DNA from: Eledone cirrhosa
Taxonomy: Eukaryota
DNA length: 64,000 bases
Assembly (NCBI GenBank): GCA_964016885.1
Contig: OZ024744.1
Location: 98,580,001 to 98,644,000, forward strand
Direction: 5' to 3'
The translations under genes and the position numbers were made by a program. Positions 13,411 to 24,282 of this stretch are shown here, one piece after another. Every line of letters begins with the position of its first letter. The stretch's first letter is position 1. The notes under the pieces are model-generated. The model did no database searches. It saw only the letters and a list, made by a program, of their open reading frames with translations, and had not been told where the DNA came from.

Positions 13411-14269
13411 TTCTTTCGGCCATTACCTTAGGAAATATTCTATTTCCTGTAGTATGGCCACTTCATGTAAATCCAGTTTTTGCCATTCTTTACACTTTAG
13501 TATTTGTCTCTGTCTACCTGGCTTGCATCAGTACTTGGAGGTTTGTCTGTTTGCAAGTGCATCACAAAACATGGTCCATAGCCTCTCGCATGGGAATGAT
13601 AAACCAGGAAGCTTTTGTATGTATGCATGCTTAGTTGGATGTTCATTGACTGGCTTCTCCACACATCATCACATTGACTCTTCACTCCATCTGTGGTGAC
13701 ACTAATGATATTGGGTGTAGCCATCACAGTGTGAAAGGTGGGAGGGATTTGCACCATTGTATATGTTGCCATTGAGCCTGCAAGTTTCTCCTCTGATAGT
13801 AAGATAGACATTGTTCTTGTTCTGTCGTGATTTAAAGATATATTTCTCTCCACTTGGTCAGATGGAGATGGCTGGTACATTTGTGCCAGCTGCATGGTTC
13901 TCAGAATGTCTTGGCAAAGTTTCCTTACTCCATCCATACAGGGTAATTTACAGAAGCTGCTCTTGTATGTGTAGTGCCTCCATATTCCCATTCTGGTTTG
14001 GATCAGTGTTGTTACTGAAGTTAAATCTATCGACAGTAGCACATACACCATATTAGAGAAGTATCTGTTGACCCCGTGCTCTGAGTACCTGCTGAGCTGT
14101 TTGGCACCTTAAATCTTAACGTCCTGTACCACATGAAACTGCATTAGCAAGACTTTCTAGGAAATTACAAAACAACTACTAGGACTTTATGACATTAAAT
14201 ATTGAAGTATTTACTCTTATGTTGCAAATTTTCACAACAATCTGTAAACATGTTTTTACACTAGTTACT

Positions 14270-14575
14270 AACTAATCTTTCAGAACACCCACCTCCACTG
14301 TTAGGTCATCAATGTATCTAAAGCTGTCAACTCACTTTTCTAGGGAGCCATTGAAGCATTTGAGAGAGTGTATTTTGTATGTGCTCTTACTGTTTGCTAT
14401 TCCTGTACATCTGCCATATATGAAGACTACCTGTAATCATACAATATCTCTTATGTGTCCACTGGTACATTGTATGGAATTTATATCTACTCCTTTTCTT
14501 CATATCAAGCACAGCCATTTTTCTGACGGGAATAGACGGGGTCCTTTTAATGTTCTATTTACCCAAACTTTTTAG
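14270..14575 (-). mobile_element. Old degraded fragment of the PHD-containing RTE family
   Basis: Minus strand reads PSEKWLCLI*RKGVDINSIQC...GRCTG...KCFNGSLEK*VDSFRYI, homologous to PSGKWPCSVCRKGVGRNSILC...VDSFCYLGD. Confidence 0.65.
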
Positions 14576-15501
14576 AGTCGGAAATAAACAAATCTTACAA
14601 TTTATTGAGGTATTTCGATAATTTGAAATGTAGAAATCCAAACACATCAATGATAATAGTGTTAGAAAATTGAGTAAAATATCCTTAGAGACAGAAATAA
14701 TGTAGGCAGCAACCACTACAGAGAATTAAACTCTGTATCTCTTGAATTCCACAGCCTAGTGTGTTAACTGTTACACCAAATGAGAGCTGACAACAGTCCC
14801 TGTCCAAATTAAGAACTACATACAATAATTTTAGTGGCTATAACTGGAATAAGAACATTTCAGTTATGCTGCAAATAATAATTTAATGAGTAAAATAGTT
14901 ATATTACTAAATCTCTTCAAATTCTTGATTATTTGAAAACCATATTATTAGAAATAATGGTAACGAAAGTGTTAAAGGCTTTTTGAAGGTCAGCAAATGC
15001 CATATAGAGAGAGCTTTTTGAAGGTCAGCAAATGCCATATAGAGAGGGTTACGCCTAGCAAATATGTCTCCTGCACTTGTTTCACTAGGAAGAAGGCATT
15101 GATAATACCTATACCTGGCAAAGAACCAAACTTCATATTATTTAGGTTAATTCTGTTCCTAATCAGCTGTGCTATACAAAAAGTTCATAAGCTAACCAAA
15201 ATATTCTCATGGAATGACCAAATGAGGTTTATTTTTCAACATAGTCCCTGGAAAGAAACCATGCAGCTATTAATAAGAAGAATTGAAATTAATGCATTGC
15301 ATGCAAGATTTTACAGTACTAACATCACTCCTTCATAGTTAGCCTATGAACTTTTTAGCCTACTCTTGTATAATATCTTAATACCTCTATAGTTTCCTGT
15401 CTTTAACACAGTGCCTTTTCCCCTTGTAACAGTTAATAACGATTCTGTACTCCCTTATTGACAATATGTTCAACAAGCATGCAATCTACAATCATTAAAT
15501 T

Positions 15502-15686
15502 ATGGTGGATTGGCAGTATCGGTAGAGGGTCGGACGCCATGCTTTCCAGCATAGTTACGTCCCTTTACGATCTGAGTTCAAATCCCGCCGAGGTTGACTT
15601 TGCCTTTCATCCTTACGGGGTCGATAAAATAAAGTACCAGTAATGCACTGGGTAATTGCTGGCCTTGTGCCAAAAGTAGAAACAAT
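15502..15686 (+). mobile_element. tRNA-derived SINE family B (Nin/Deu-like core); further copies ~22735-23065, 23733-23840, 40320-40600, 43455-43605(-), 46300-46490, 57415-57705, 61965-62280, 62610-62745
   Basis: B-box gagttcaaatccc followed by gccgaggt.gactttgcctttcatcct...gtcgataaaataaagtaccag, repeated through the window. Confidence 0.8.
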
Positions 15687-16278
15687 TAAATTATTCTAAC
15701 CATGATCATCCAGTCTTTTTTTCCTAAGCATAGTGTATCATGGACTACATTACCTGAACACCATTCTTTTGTTAAAGGTTTTTGTCTGTAATTTGTGGGA
15801 GATTTAGCTCATCATCATCATCATCATCATCATTTTTATGTTTACTTTTCCATTCTTGCATGGGTTGGACAGGTCCTTCTTAGCATGGCATCTCTCCTCA
15901 TGCCTTAAACCTTTGTCATCGACTCAGCAATTTGAGGTCAGCTCTCACAACTTCTGCCCAAGTCTTTCTTGGTTTACCTCTACTACAACTTTTTTCCACT
16001 GGCATTTCCTGGCACTTCTTTACCAGTGATCATTGTCCATGTGCATCACATGTCCATACCAACACCTTCTTCTCTCCTGTACCCTACCTCGAATTCCTCT
16101 TGGTTGTTATAGTAATTTTTCCTTGGCATAATGTATGATTGACTATGTTACTCGGATACTCCCTTTGTTAAAGATGATAGTCTGTGATTTGAGGGAGATT
16201 TGGCTGTTGTAGTCATTTTTCTTATGTATAGTTAGTGTACCATGGACTACATTACCTAATACACCATTCCTCTGTTAA

Positions 16279-16498
16279 CCCTTTAGCATTTACATTACTC
16301 TATATTTACTATTGTATTTTCATGGTAAATAATTATGGTACATAATTATCTTCCATAATATCGAATCTATGAGATCTTGATGTTATTTATTTTGAGAACA
16401 ATACCTTAACGTCAATATGAGCAGCCAGTTACGGCCAGTTTGAATAGGAAGAGGTGAGAGAATTCTGGCCAGATATGGCTGGTTTAAATGTTAAAGGG
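16279..16498. mobile_element. 220-bp TTAA-flanked MITE (piggyBac-type ends)
   Basis: TTAA|CCCTTTAGCATTT ... AAATGTTAAAGGG|TTAA. Confidence 0.85.
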
Positions 16499-16777
16499 TT
16501 AAAGATGTTAGTGTGTGATTTGAGGGAGTTATGGTTACTATTTCTAGCAAGTCAGTTGATCACATAGATGATTCCCCACCACCACCCTTATTGAATCAAA
16601 ACGTTGGTGGTGCAGTTTTTTTTTTTTGTTTTGTTTTTTTGTTTGTTGTTAGAACTGGAGATTTTTCTAGAAAGCTAATGGAGGTTCTTCTGAGTTTTGA
16701 CATGTCTTCTTTTAATTCAGAGTTATGTTTAGGTCAGTTGATGGTGTTTTGGGCCATATGTTTGTGAAATTTTGTGA

Positions 16778-16818
<41 letters not shown>

Positions 16819-16885
16819 ACAAATGAATGAAGATTAACATGGATAAGCTATACATTAGGGTTTTATTATATATATATATATATAT

Positions 16886-17759
16886 CTAGGGCGGGTAAAA
16901 TTCCTGAGATCCATGGACGAGTTCTCTCCAGCGGTCTCTATCCCTCATTATCTCTGCCATGTCCTGCGTCTCCAACAGACCAGTGTCTGTCCTTAGGGCA
17001 TCAACATACGTTAACCTTGGTCTTCCTCTTCCAGTGTGTCCATGTAGGGGCTCTCACAGGAGCACTGAGTGCAATGTCAACTCTGGATGTCGGTGAGCAT
17101 GTCCAGCTAACCTCAGTCTCCTCTGTGTCACTTTTGAACTGACTTTTGGGAGGTTCCCATACAGCTCTGAGTTTTTTTATCGTCAGTGTATACTGATTAA
17201 TGTTCAGAGCCATCCTCAGCATTCTCGTGTAGCACCCATCCACCATCTGAGTTGTATGCGCCTTGCACTGGAGAAACACCAGGACTCTGGCTTTACTGAA
17301 GCACCAGCTCAGAGCAGGAGAGTTAAGGCGAAAAAGATATCGGATGCTGAATTTGCCGACGACATAGTTTTGGTGACAAATACAGTAAAGGAGGCAGAGG
17401 ATTTGATGCAGGAAGTTGAGACTGTGTCAATGAGTGTGGGGCTGACAAGGAATGAGACTAAAACAAAATATCTGGTAGAGAATATTGAGAAGCCAGAGGG
17501 GATCACTAATGTAGGCGGGAAGCCACTAGAATTGGTTGAGGACTTCCTGTATTTGGGAGCAAAGATTGGGAATACGGAAGATGATGTGGTTGAGAGGAAG
17601 CGCAAAGCCTGGGCGGCGTACCACAGCTTGAGATCGGTGTGAAAGTCGGACCTTCGTAAAGACCTGAAAATCCGCCTCTTCATTGCTGTAGTGGAGTCTG
17701 TGCTGCTGTACGTGTCTGAGACTTGGACACTAACCAAGAAACTCACTCAGATGGTGGAT
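16886..17759 (-). mobile_element. RTE/RTEX-like LINE with inverted 5' part (3' part minus 16886-17252; RT part plus 17253-17759)
   Basis: Plus part: FADDIVL..FLYLGA..SETWTLTKKLTQMVD. Minus part continues TQMVDGCYTRMLRMALN. Flanked by (TA)n. Confidence 0.85.
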
Positions 17760-19100
17760 ATATATATATGTATATATATATATATTTAGTCAGTCAAGTC
17801 AATGATAAACATTGATTGTCAGCTGAATTAGTTATAGAAATATAAAATATACTGAAGCGAAAACCAACCCAAACAAAACAGTGAGTGTGTCTTACTATAT
17901 ATTTTTCTGGCAATATTATAACATGACCCTCCCCAAATATAACAATATATATATATATTAATGTATATGTATATATTTTTTTTCACAATTGGTGAATATT
18001 TAAGTGTCATTGGTTACAGGTTTCCAAGAGGTCATAGACTGGTTCGCTGTATTTCTGACAACGAGTGTGACAAGAGATTGTCCATGAGACTCTGTGCTGA
18101 ACAAATACTACAGAGGCTGTTTGTATTGCAATGTACAAGATTTTGTTGCTTTTTCACTTATGCATGCATGCATGCATGCATACATACATACATACATACA
18201 TACATACATACATGCATGCATGCATGCATGCATGCATATATGTACTGCATATATATATATACACATGCACACATGAGTGAGACAGTTTCCCAACCAGTCC
18301 CGCATCAAATGGAACAAACCCGTCTAACCCATGCTAGCGTGGAAGATGGACGTTAAATGATGACACACACACACACACATACACACACATATTGTATATT
18401 ATATATATATATATAGATAGATAGATATACACAGACACAAACACATATATATATATAAATACATAATATATGAAGGCACAAATAATTAGCCAAAGGAGAG
18501 AAATAGGAAGAAACAAGGACTACAATGAGAAATATTTTTTCTTTGATACTGAGGCTACCTTATAGTATATGTTTTCATATACACCCCTATTATGTTTAAA
18601 CACTGTCAATGATTTATAACCAGCCAATTTTGCACTATATGCAAATGAGCATCACCAGCAAATGTTCATCATGTAAAATATATATTATACACACTAGTCT
18701 TTCCATGTCAGTAACGTTTGAGTGAATGTCACTGATGAAATTTCTGACGTGTTCAGAGAAAAATAATTTTTTCGTTATGAAAAAATTTTTTTACTTCTAT
18801 AGTGAGGCTACCATACAGTATGGTAGCCTCACTATCATATACACTCCTATTATGTTTAAACACTGTCTTAATGCTCATGATATATATATATATATGATAA
18901 ATATGTATATCATCATCATTGTTTAACGTCCTCTTTCTCTGCATGTCCATGTTAGTATGTGTATGTGTGCATATATGTATTTGCGTGTATGTATGTACAT
19001 GGGTGAAGATCAATGTGTGTACATTTCTGAGTGATATCTTGAAATCAGGGTACAGATGTAACTATAGAAACTAAATATATAAGTATATATATATATATAT

Positions 19101-19495
19101 AGGCACATGGCTTAGTGGTTAGAGCATTGGCCTTGCAATCGAAAGGTTGTGAGTTCAATTCTCAGACCGGGTGATGTGTTGTTTCCTTGAGCAAGACACT
19201 TTATTTCACATTGCTCCAGTTTACTCAGCTGTAGAAATGAGATGATAGGGACTGGGGTCCCTATCATTCCACTGCAAAGTGGTCGTGAAGGTGCCACAAA
19301 AAAAAAAAAAAAAAAAAAAGCACCCAGCCCACGTTGTAAAGTGGTCGTGGAGGCGACACGGAAAAAAGCACCCAGCACTCACTGTAAATGAGGTTGGTGT
19401 TAGGAAGGGCATCCAGCTGTAGAAATCAAGCCAGAATCAGTTCACGTTCCACCCTTGCAAGCAGGGAAAAGCAGACGTAAAATGATGATGATGAT
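19101..19495 (+). mobile_element. Full-length tRNA-derived SINE family A (Meta-like core, RTE-shared tail, (ATG)n end)
   Basis: A-box tggcttagtgg, B-box gagttcaattc, core gtttccttgagcaagacacttt...ctcagctg. Tail ggtgttaggaagggcatccagctgtagaaa is shared with the RTE 3'UTR at 35760-36020. Confidence 0.88.
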
Positions 19496-19509
19496 ATATA
19501 TATATATAT

Positions 19510-19768
19510 ATCATCATCATCATCACCGTTTTACGTCCGTTCTTCCACGCTAGCATGGGTTAGACGGGTTGTCCTGTTGTGGGCAGTGTCTGGTTGACTG
19601 ACCATGCCTTGCTCATACAGGAACTGATTTGGCTTGATTTCTACAGCTGGATGCCCTTCCTAACACCAACCTCATTTACAGTGAGTGCTGGGTGCTTTTT
19701 CGTGGCGCTTACACGTCCACTTTACAGTGTGGGCTGGGTTCTTTTTTGCCATGGCACCTCCACGACCA

Positions 19769-19770
<2 letters not shown>
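19510..19770 (-). mobile_element. Orphan RTE 3'UTR
   Basis: Near-identical reverse complement of ~35765-36020. Confidence 0.85.
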
Positions 19771-19816
<46 letters not shown>

Positions 19817-19827
19817 GAAGGAGGTGT

Positions 19828-20013
19828 GGTAAGGAACCAGATGGACCATAACGCACCAGAGTACTCAATACTTAGGGTAGTAGAGTGGGTAATAGGAAAA
19901 TGTGTGACCCGACGGCAGAGCTCAAGCCGTTTTGACGGCTATTTCTGGACAATATTTCCAGAAATAGCCGTCGAAAAGGCTTGAGCTCTGCCGTTGGGGT
20001 CAAACATTTTCCT
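19828..20013 (-). repeat. Second copy of the 4071-4260 fold-back element
   Basis: gacccgacggcagagctcaagcc...ggcttgagctctgccgttggggtc plus the reverse-complement tail (gatggaccataacgcaccagagtactcaata). Confidence 0.85.
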
Positions 20014-20552
20014 ATATATATATATAGATAGATATATATATACACACACACACACACATTCACACACAGTAAGTGCATATTAAGCGCTTTTGTATTCTAT
20101 ATATGTACATACACGCACAAAAGTATCAATGGAAACTCAGTCCACTTTCATCAAATAATTGTTTTTAATCTCTGAAAAGCTGGCAATTACACTCTATAAG
20201 TCAATTTCTCTACTCTCTTTTGAGAATTGATAATATATATATATATATATATATACAAAATATTAAAACAATCAAATCATAGTTTAATACATTTATTTGC
20301 TGACAATTGTTATATATGTATATATGTGTGTGTAAAAGATAAACAGAAATAACAAAGCAAATGACACAGTACATTGAAAAAATATTAGTGTAACGTTTGA
20401 AGTAGCAGGAAAATCTTAGTGTTTTGGACACTAGTCCTTCATCAGAAGATAGTTAGAAATAGAAGATAAATAGAAAGATAAAGAGTGAGAATATATATGT
20501 ATATATATATATATCTAATGGAGTGTTTTTTTGTTTTTTTTTAATCTTTTAG

Positions 20553-20692
20553 GCATTAATGGCTTAGTGAAGCCCCCCTCAGAAAATCAAATAATGGAAA
20601 AGAAAAAACGAAACTATCGGCTCCTTAAGGACCCGTTGCTGGACGATAAAGTTCAACAAAAGCTTTACAGATTTGATGGTCTGTTACCTGGG
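20553..20692 (+). CDS. SETD1: SETD1-like coding exon 1 (GINGLVKPPSENQIMEKKKRNYRLLKDPLLDDKVQQKLYRFDGLLPG); candidate ATG at 20594
   Basis: Acceptor ttttag at 20551-20552; donor GG|gtaaga. Resembles the SETD1 N-terminal RNYKL..DP...VYRYDG region. An upstream (UTR or coding) exon must exist. Confidence 0.9.
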
Positions 20693-20753
20693 GTAAGAAG
20701 ATTTAATATATATTTTTTGTAAAATTAAAAACCATATTTGTTGTTGCCTTTAA

Positions 20754-20973
20754 CCCTTTAACATTTGCATTACTCTATATATACTATTGTATTTTTGTGG
20801 TAAAGGCTTATTTCATATAATTATCTCACATAATATTGAATCTAGGAGATTTTGATATTATTTATTTTGAGAACAATAACTTAACATAAGTATGAGTGGC
20901 CTGTTACGGCTAGTTTGAATAGAAAGAAGTGAGAGAATTCTGGCTGGATATGGCTGGTTTAAATGCTAAAGGG
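20754..20973. mobile_element. 220-bp TTAA MITE (same family as 16279; partial or other copies ~21672-21890, 38803-38850 + 39705-39825, 49478-49695)
   Basis: TTAA|CCCTTTAACATTT ... AAATGCTAAAGGG|TTAA. Confidence 0.85.
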
Positions 20974-22197
20974 TTAAATTACTTGCATTCTTTTTATGTT
21001 TTGAAATATTAACCCTTCGCTTACTATATTTGCAATTAAATATGATAATGAAATAATTTTGAAAATAATGAAGAATTCTGAAGGATTTAGCAATATAGCT
21101 ATCTTTCTCATTATTAATCTGGTGTTTCGAACACAATTTAATGAAGGTTAACACTTCTTCTTCGTGCATATGAGACTGCAATGATTATGCAATGCCCCTT
21201 AGGCTTTGTAACTAGCTCATGGTAATGGGATTAGGATGTGTGAGGTCCATATTCTCAGGTGGGCGGAGATCCGGCCACTCACATATACTATTTTGAGCAG
21301 TTTGCTCTGGTGAACCACACTGGCAAGCTGTTAATGACGTAGCCCCCATTGGTACATAGCTGCATTGAATCATCTGACACTTGGGGCGAGGGCCATATTG
21401 GGGTTAACGTTCAATTTGATGAGTCAAGATGTCTGTTGCTTGCTAGCTCAGCTTGTCTAAAGCATGTTGAAGTCTGAGTCTCACAGTGTAACATCAAGCA
21501 ATGTTGGCTCAGTAGTTGAGAATTGTCATCCATGTCATAGAGTGGATGACTTTAGTCTATTGAAGCCTTAGTTACCAACCTATCTGTGGGGTGCAGGAAG
21601 AATGCCTGAGATCACACGTAGATATTCAGTTGGTGTAGGGTTGGAATCATCTGGTGATAAGCCTTCACCCACTAGCATTTACATTACTTTATATGTACTG
21701 TTGTATTTTCATGGTAAAGGCTTTATCTTATATAATTATCTCACATAATATCGAATCTATGAGATTTTGATGTCATCTATTTTGAGAACAATACCTTCAC
21801 GTCTGTATGAGTGGCCGATTACAGGTGGTTTGAACAGAAAAAGGTGAGAGAATTCTGGCCGGATACAGCCAGTTTAAGTGCTAAAAAGTTAAGGTGTCGT
21901 TCAGGGCTGTATCTAGCTTCTTAGTGTTAGAACTCCTGCACCATGCAGGGAAGGTTCTACTCCGTAGAACTGTAGACCAAGATTGTCAAACTCCTTGTGG
22001 TGAAGTGTATGTGAGACACTCTAGAACAGTAGCTCTGATTAAATTACTGGTTTGGTCTGTAATGACTTGCTTGATCCACATCAGCTTGTTGGACCCCCCC
22101 CCCCCAAAAAAAAAAGAAAAATGATGTAAAATTATGATTTTGATGATTTTTGGTAATATTCAATATTTTTATCTTTTATTTTATTTTATTCCTAAAG

Positions 22198-22311
22198 GAG
22201 CAGACAATTGATGTGAAAGATCCCCGGCGGCGTTCAAATTCAAGGTCAAACCCTCGCTACTTGTTATGGACCAGTCGCCAAATTATGGATTTGGAAGTTC
22301 CAAAATTTAAG
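22198..22311 (+). CDS. SETD1: SETD1-like exon 2 (EQTIDVKDPRRRSNSRSNPRYLLWTSRQIMDLEVPKFK)
   Basis: aag| acceptor after a T-rich tract; AAG|gttatt donor. 114 nt, phase 0-0. DPR...W...L.VPKFK motif of SETD1. Confidence 0.9.
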
Positions 22312-23510
22312 GTTATTTTCCAAAGATTTTTATATCCTATCTTCTAACTTTACACTCTTTGTGGAGCTTGGTTTTCTTATAATTCTTGCATTGGACAGTT
22401 TCAGTGTCAGAATCTCTCTCTCTCTCTCAAATAGTAAGAAGCATTGTAAATGATGAGCCATAACAATGTGATTGTTTATTGTATTCATCATCATCATCGT
22501 TTAACATTTATCTTCCTAGCTAGTGTGGGCTAGACAGGAATTGTCCCACTTGAGGCAAGATTGATCAAGTGACCGTGTCTCACTCGTAATGGCATTATTT
22601 TGAATATTAAACTCTCAAAAATTATTACAGATTTAGGACAATGGTAACTGGTAACTGACGAGAGGCTTACCATTGCACAATGGGAAGATTGTGATGCCAA
22701 GTTTACTTTCAGGACTTCTATTTGTTGTGGTTAATAGGCGGAGAACTGGCAGTCTTTAGAACGTTGGATAGAATAGCTTTACAGTATTCATTTCAACTCT
22801 CTGATTTCAAATCCCGCCATGGTCAACTTTGCCTTTCATCTATTCTAGATCGATAAAAAAAAAGTACCAGTTTAGTACTGGGGTGGATTCTTCTTCTATA
22901 TCTCTTTCTCATTTCAATTCTCTCATTCTCTCTATCCTCCTCTGGAAGATATCTGCTGTATTCAGACCTGGAGAAGAGATGGGTTCCACCAGGTTTTAAA
23001 ATGCCCTAGAAACACTGTTTATCATTACAGTGCCCCCACGACTACCTTAGGAGTTACAGGACCATGCAATTATTTAATATAGATGTAACTTCTCCGAATT
23101 GAGAGATCACAGCTCCGATACTATGGACATGTAGTTAAAATGTCACAGGAAAGAATCACTGTACAGATTTTATGGGCAAAACCAACTGGCAGGAGACCCA
23201 GGGGGGTAGACACTGAGCAAGATGTTTGGATACCATCCATGACCTTGGCTGGTCTTGCTTGGGGATCCAGCTGGATCAGTTGGAGACGGTTGCTTCTGAC
23301 AGGACCCGCTGGAAGTAGTGTTTGAGGACACCTGCCTTCACGACCCGCTCAAGAATAAGTGGACGAAGAAGATATAACTTTGTATCAGATGTAGATAGAA
23401 TTTTAGGGAGTCTCTTGTCTGTGAGTCACAACAATAAATGACAGTACAATAACAATATTTGAGGATTTTTATTTATTTATTTATTTATTTGTTTATCTAT
23501 TTATTTGCAG

Positions 23511-23681
23511 TATGATCAGCACTATATTGGAATACCTCCTCCTAATGAAGTGACATTTACAAATCTGAATGACAACATCGATTTTAAATTTCTAGAAAAC
23601 ATGTGTCAACACTTTGGAAGTATAGAAGAAATTAAGATATATCATCATCCAAAGACCAAAAAACACATGGGAATTGGAAAA
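23511..23681 (+). CDS. SETD1: SETD1-like exon 3, RRM N-part (YDQHYIGIPPPNEVTFTNLNDNIDFKFLENMCQHFGSIEEIKIYHHPKTKKHMGIGK)
   Basis: ttgcag| acceptor, |gtaagc donor, 171 nt. EVTF..LNDN...MC..FG..EE...HP.T.KH.G is the SETD1 RRM signature. Confidence 0.95.
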
Positions 23682-23869
23682 GTAAGCAAAACATTTAGTT
23701 AACTAACTGTAAAAGGATTTAATTAAATTAGTCGGTGAACTGGCAGAGTTGTTAGAACATCAGATTCAGTGAATTGCTATGTTTGATCTGGTTCTCTGTA
23801 CTCTGAGTTCCTGAGTTCAAATCCTGCCGAGGTCAACTTATGATTTTGTTGTTCTCTAATATTTTGTAG

Positions 23870-23969
23870 GTACTCTTTACATCTTCCAAGTGTGCTAAAG
23901 CCTGCGTTGATAAACTAAATCAAACATCGAAGATGGGCAACATAATAACTGTGATTATAGATATAATGG
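23870..23969 (+). CDS. SETD1: SETD1-like exon 4, RRM C-part (VLFTSSKCAKACVDKLNQTSKMGNIITVIIDIMG)
   Basis: tgtag| acceptor, G|gtatga donor, 100 nt (phase 0-1). Matches VLFTS...A...V..L..TS.MGNII...D..G. Not in the ORF track. Confidence 0.93.
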
Positions 23970-24118
23970 GTATGACAAAATTTTCTAATTTCCATAATGA
24001 GCTATTTATTTATTTATTTATTTATTTGCATAATTTCTTTTGTTCCTAGAACTGTTTTCTGTTTAAAAAAATAAATAAAAAAGGGAGGGAAAGAGAAAAG
24101 GAACCCAAAAATGTAAAT

Positions 24119-24214
24119 TCACTAGTGTGTATATATGTATATGTCATTTATACATAAGAAGACTTCTCACTAGTGTGTAAATATATATGTCATTTGTAAA
24201 TAAGACTTCTCACT

Positions 24215-24282
<68 letters not shown>

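Noticed and set aside
13500-14060. 184-aa minus-strand ORF; also non-repetitive stretches at ~21190-21660, 37160-37450 and 39860-40140
   Set aside because: They look like heavily decayed LINE remnants, but the motifs are too eroded to assign; there is no splice or gene evidence.
14977-15047. 35-bp direct duplication (gctttttgaaggtcagcaaatgccatatagagag x2)
   Set aside because: Simple local slippage with no further structure.
18020-18122. Candidate upstream SETD1 exon (tacag|gtttcc... open frame)
   Set aside because: Weak polypyrimidine tract and donor and no recognisable homology; cannot be supported without transcripts.
19101-19175. Possible tRNA gene (A/B boxes, TGC anticodon-like loop)
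   Set aside because: No proper acceptor stem; it continues into SINE core and tail, and there are several dispersed copies, so it is a SINE head.
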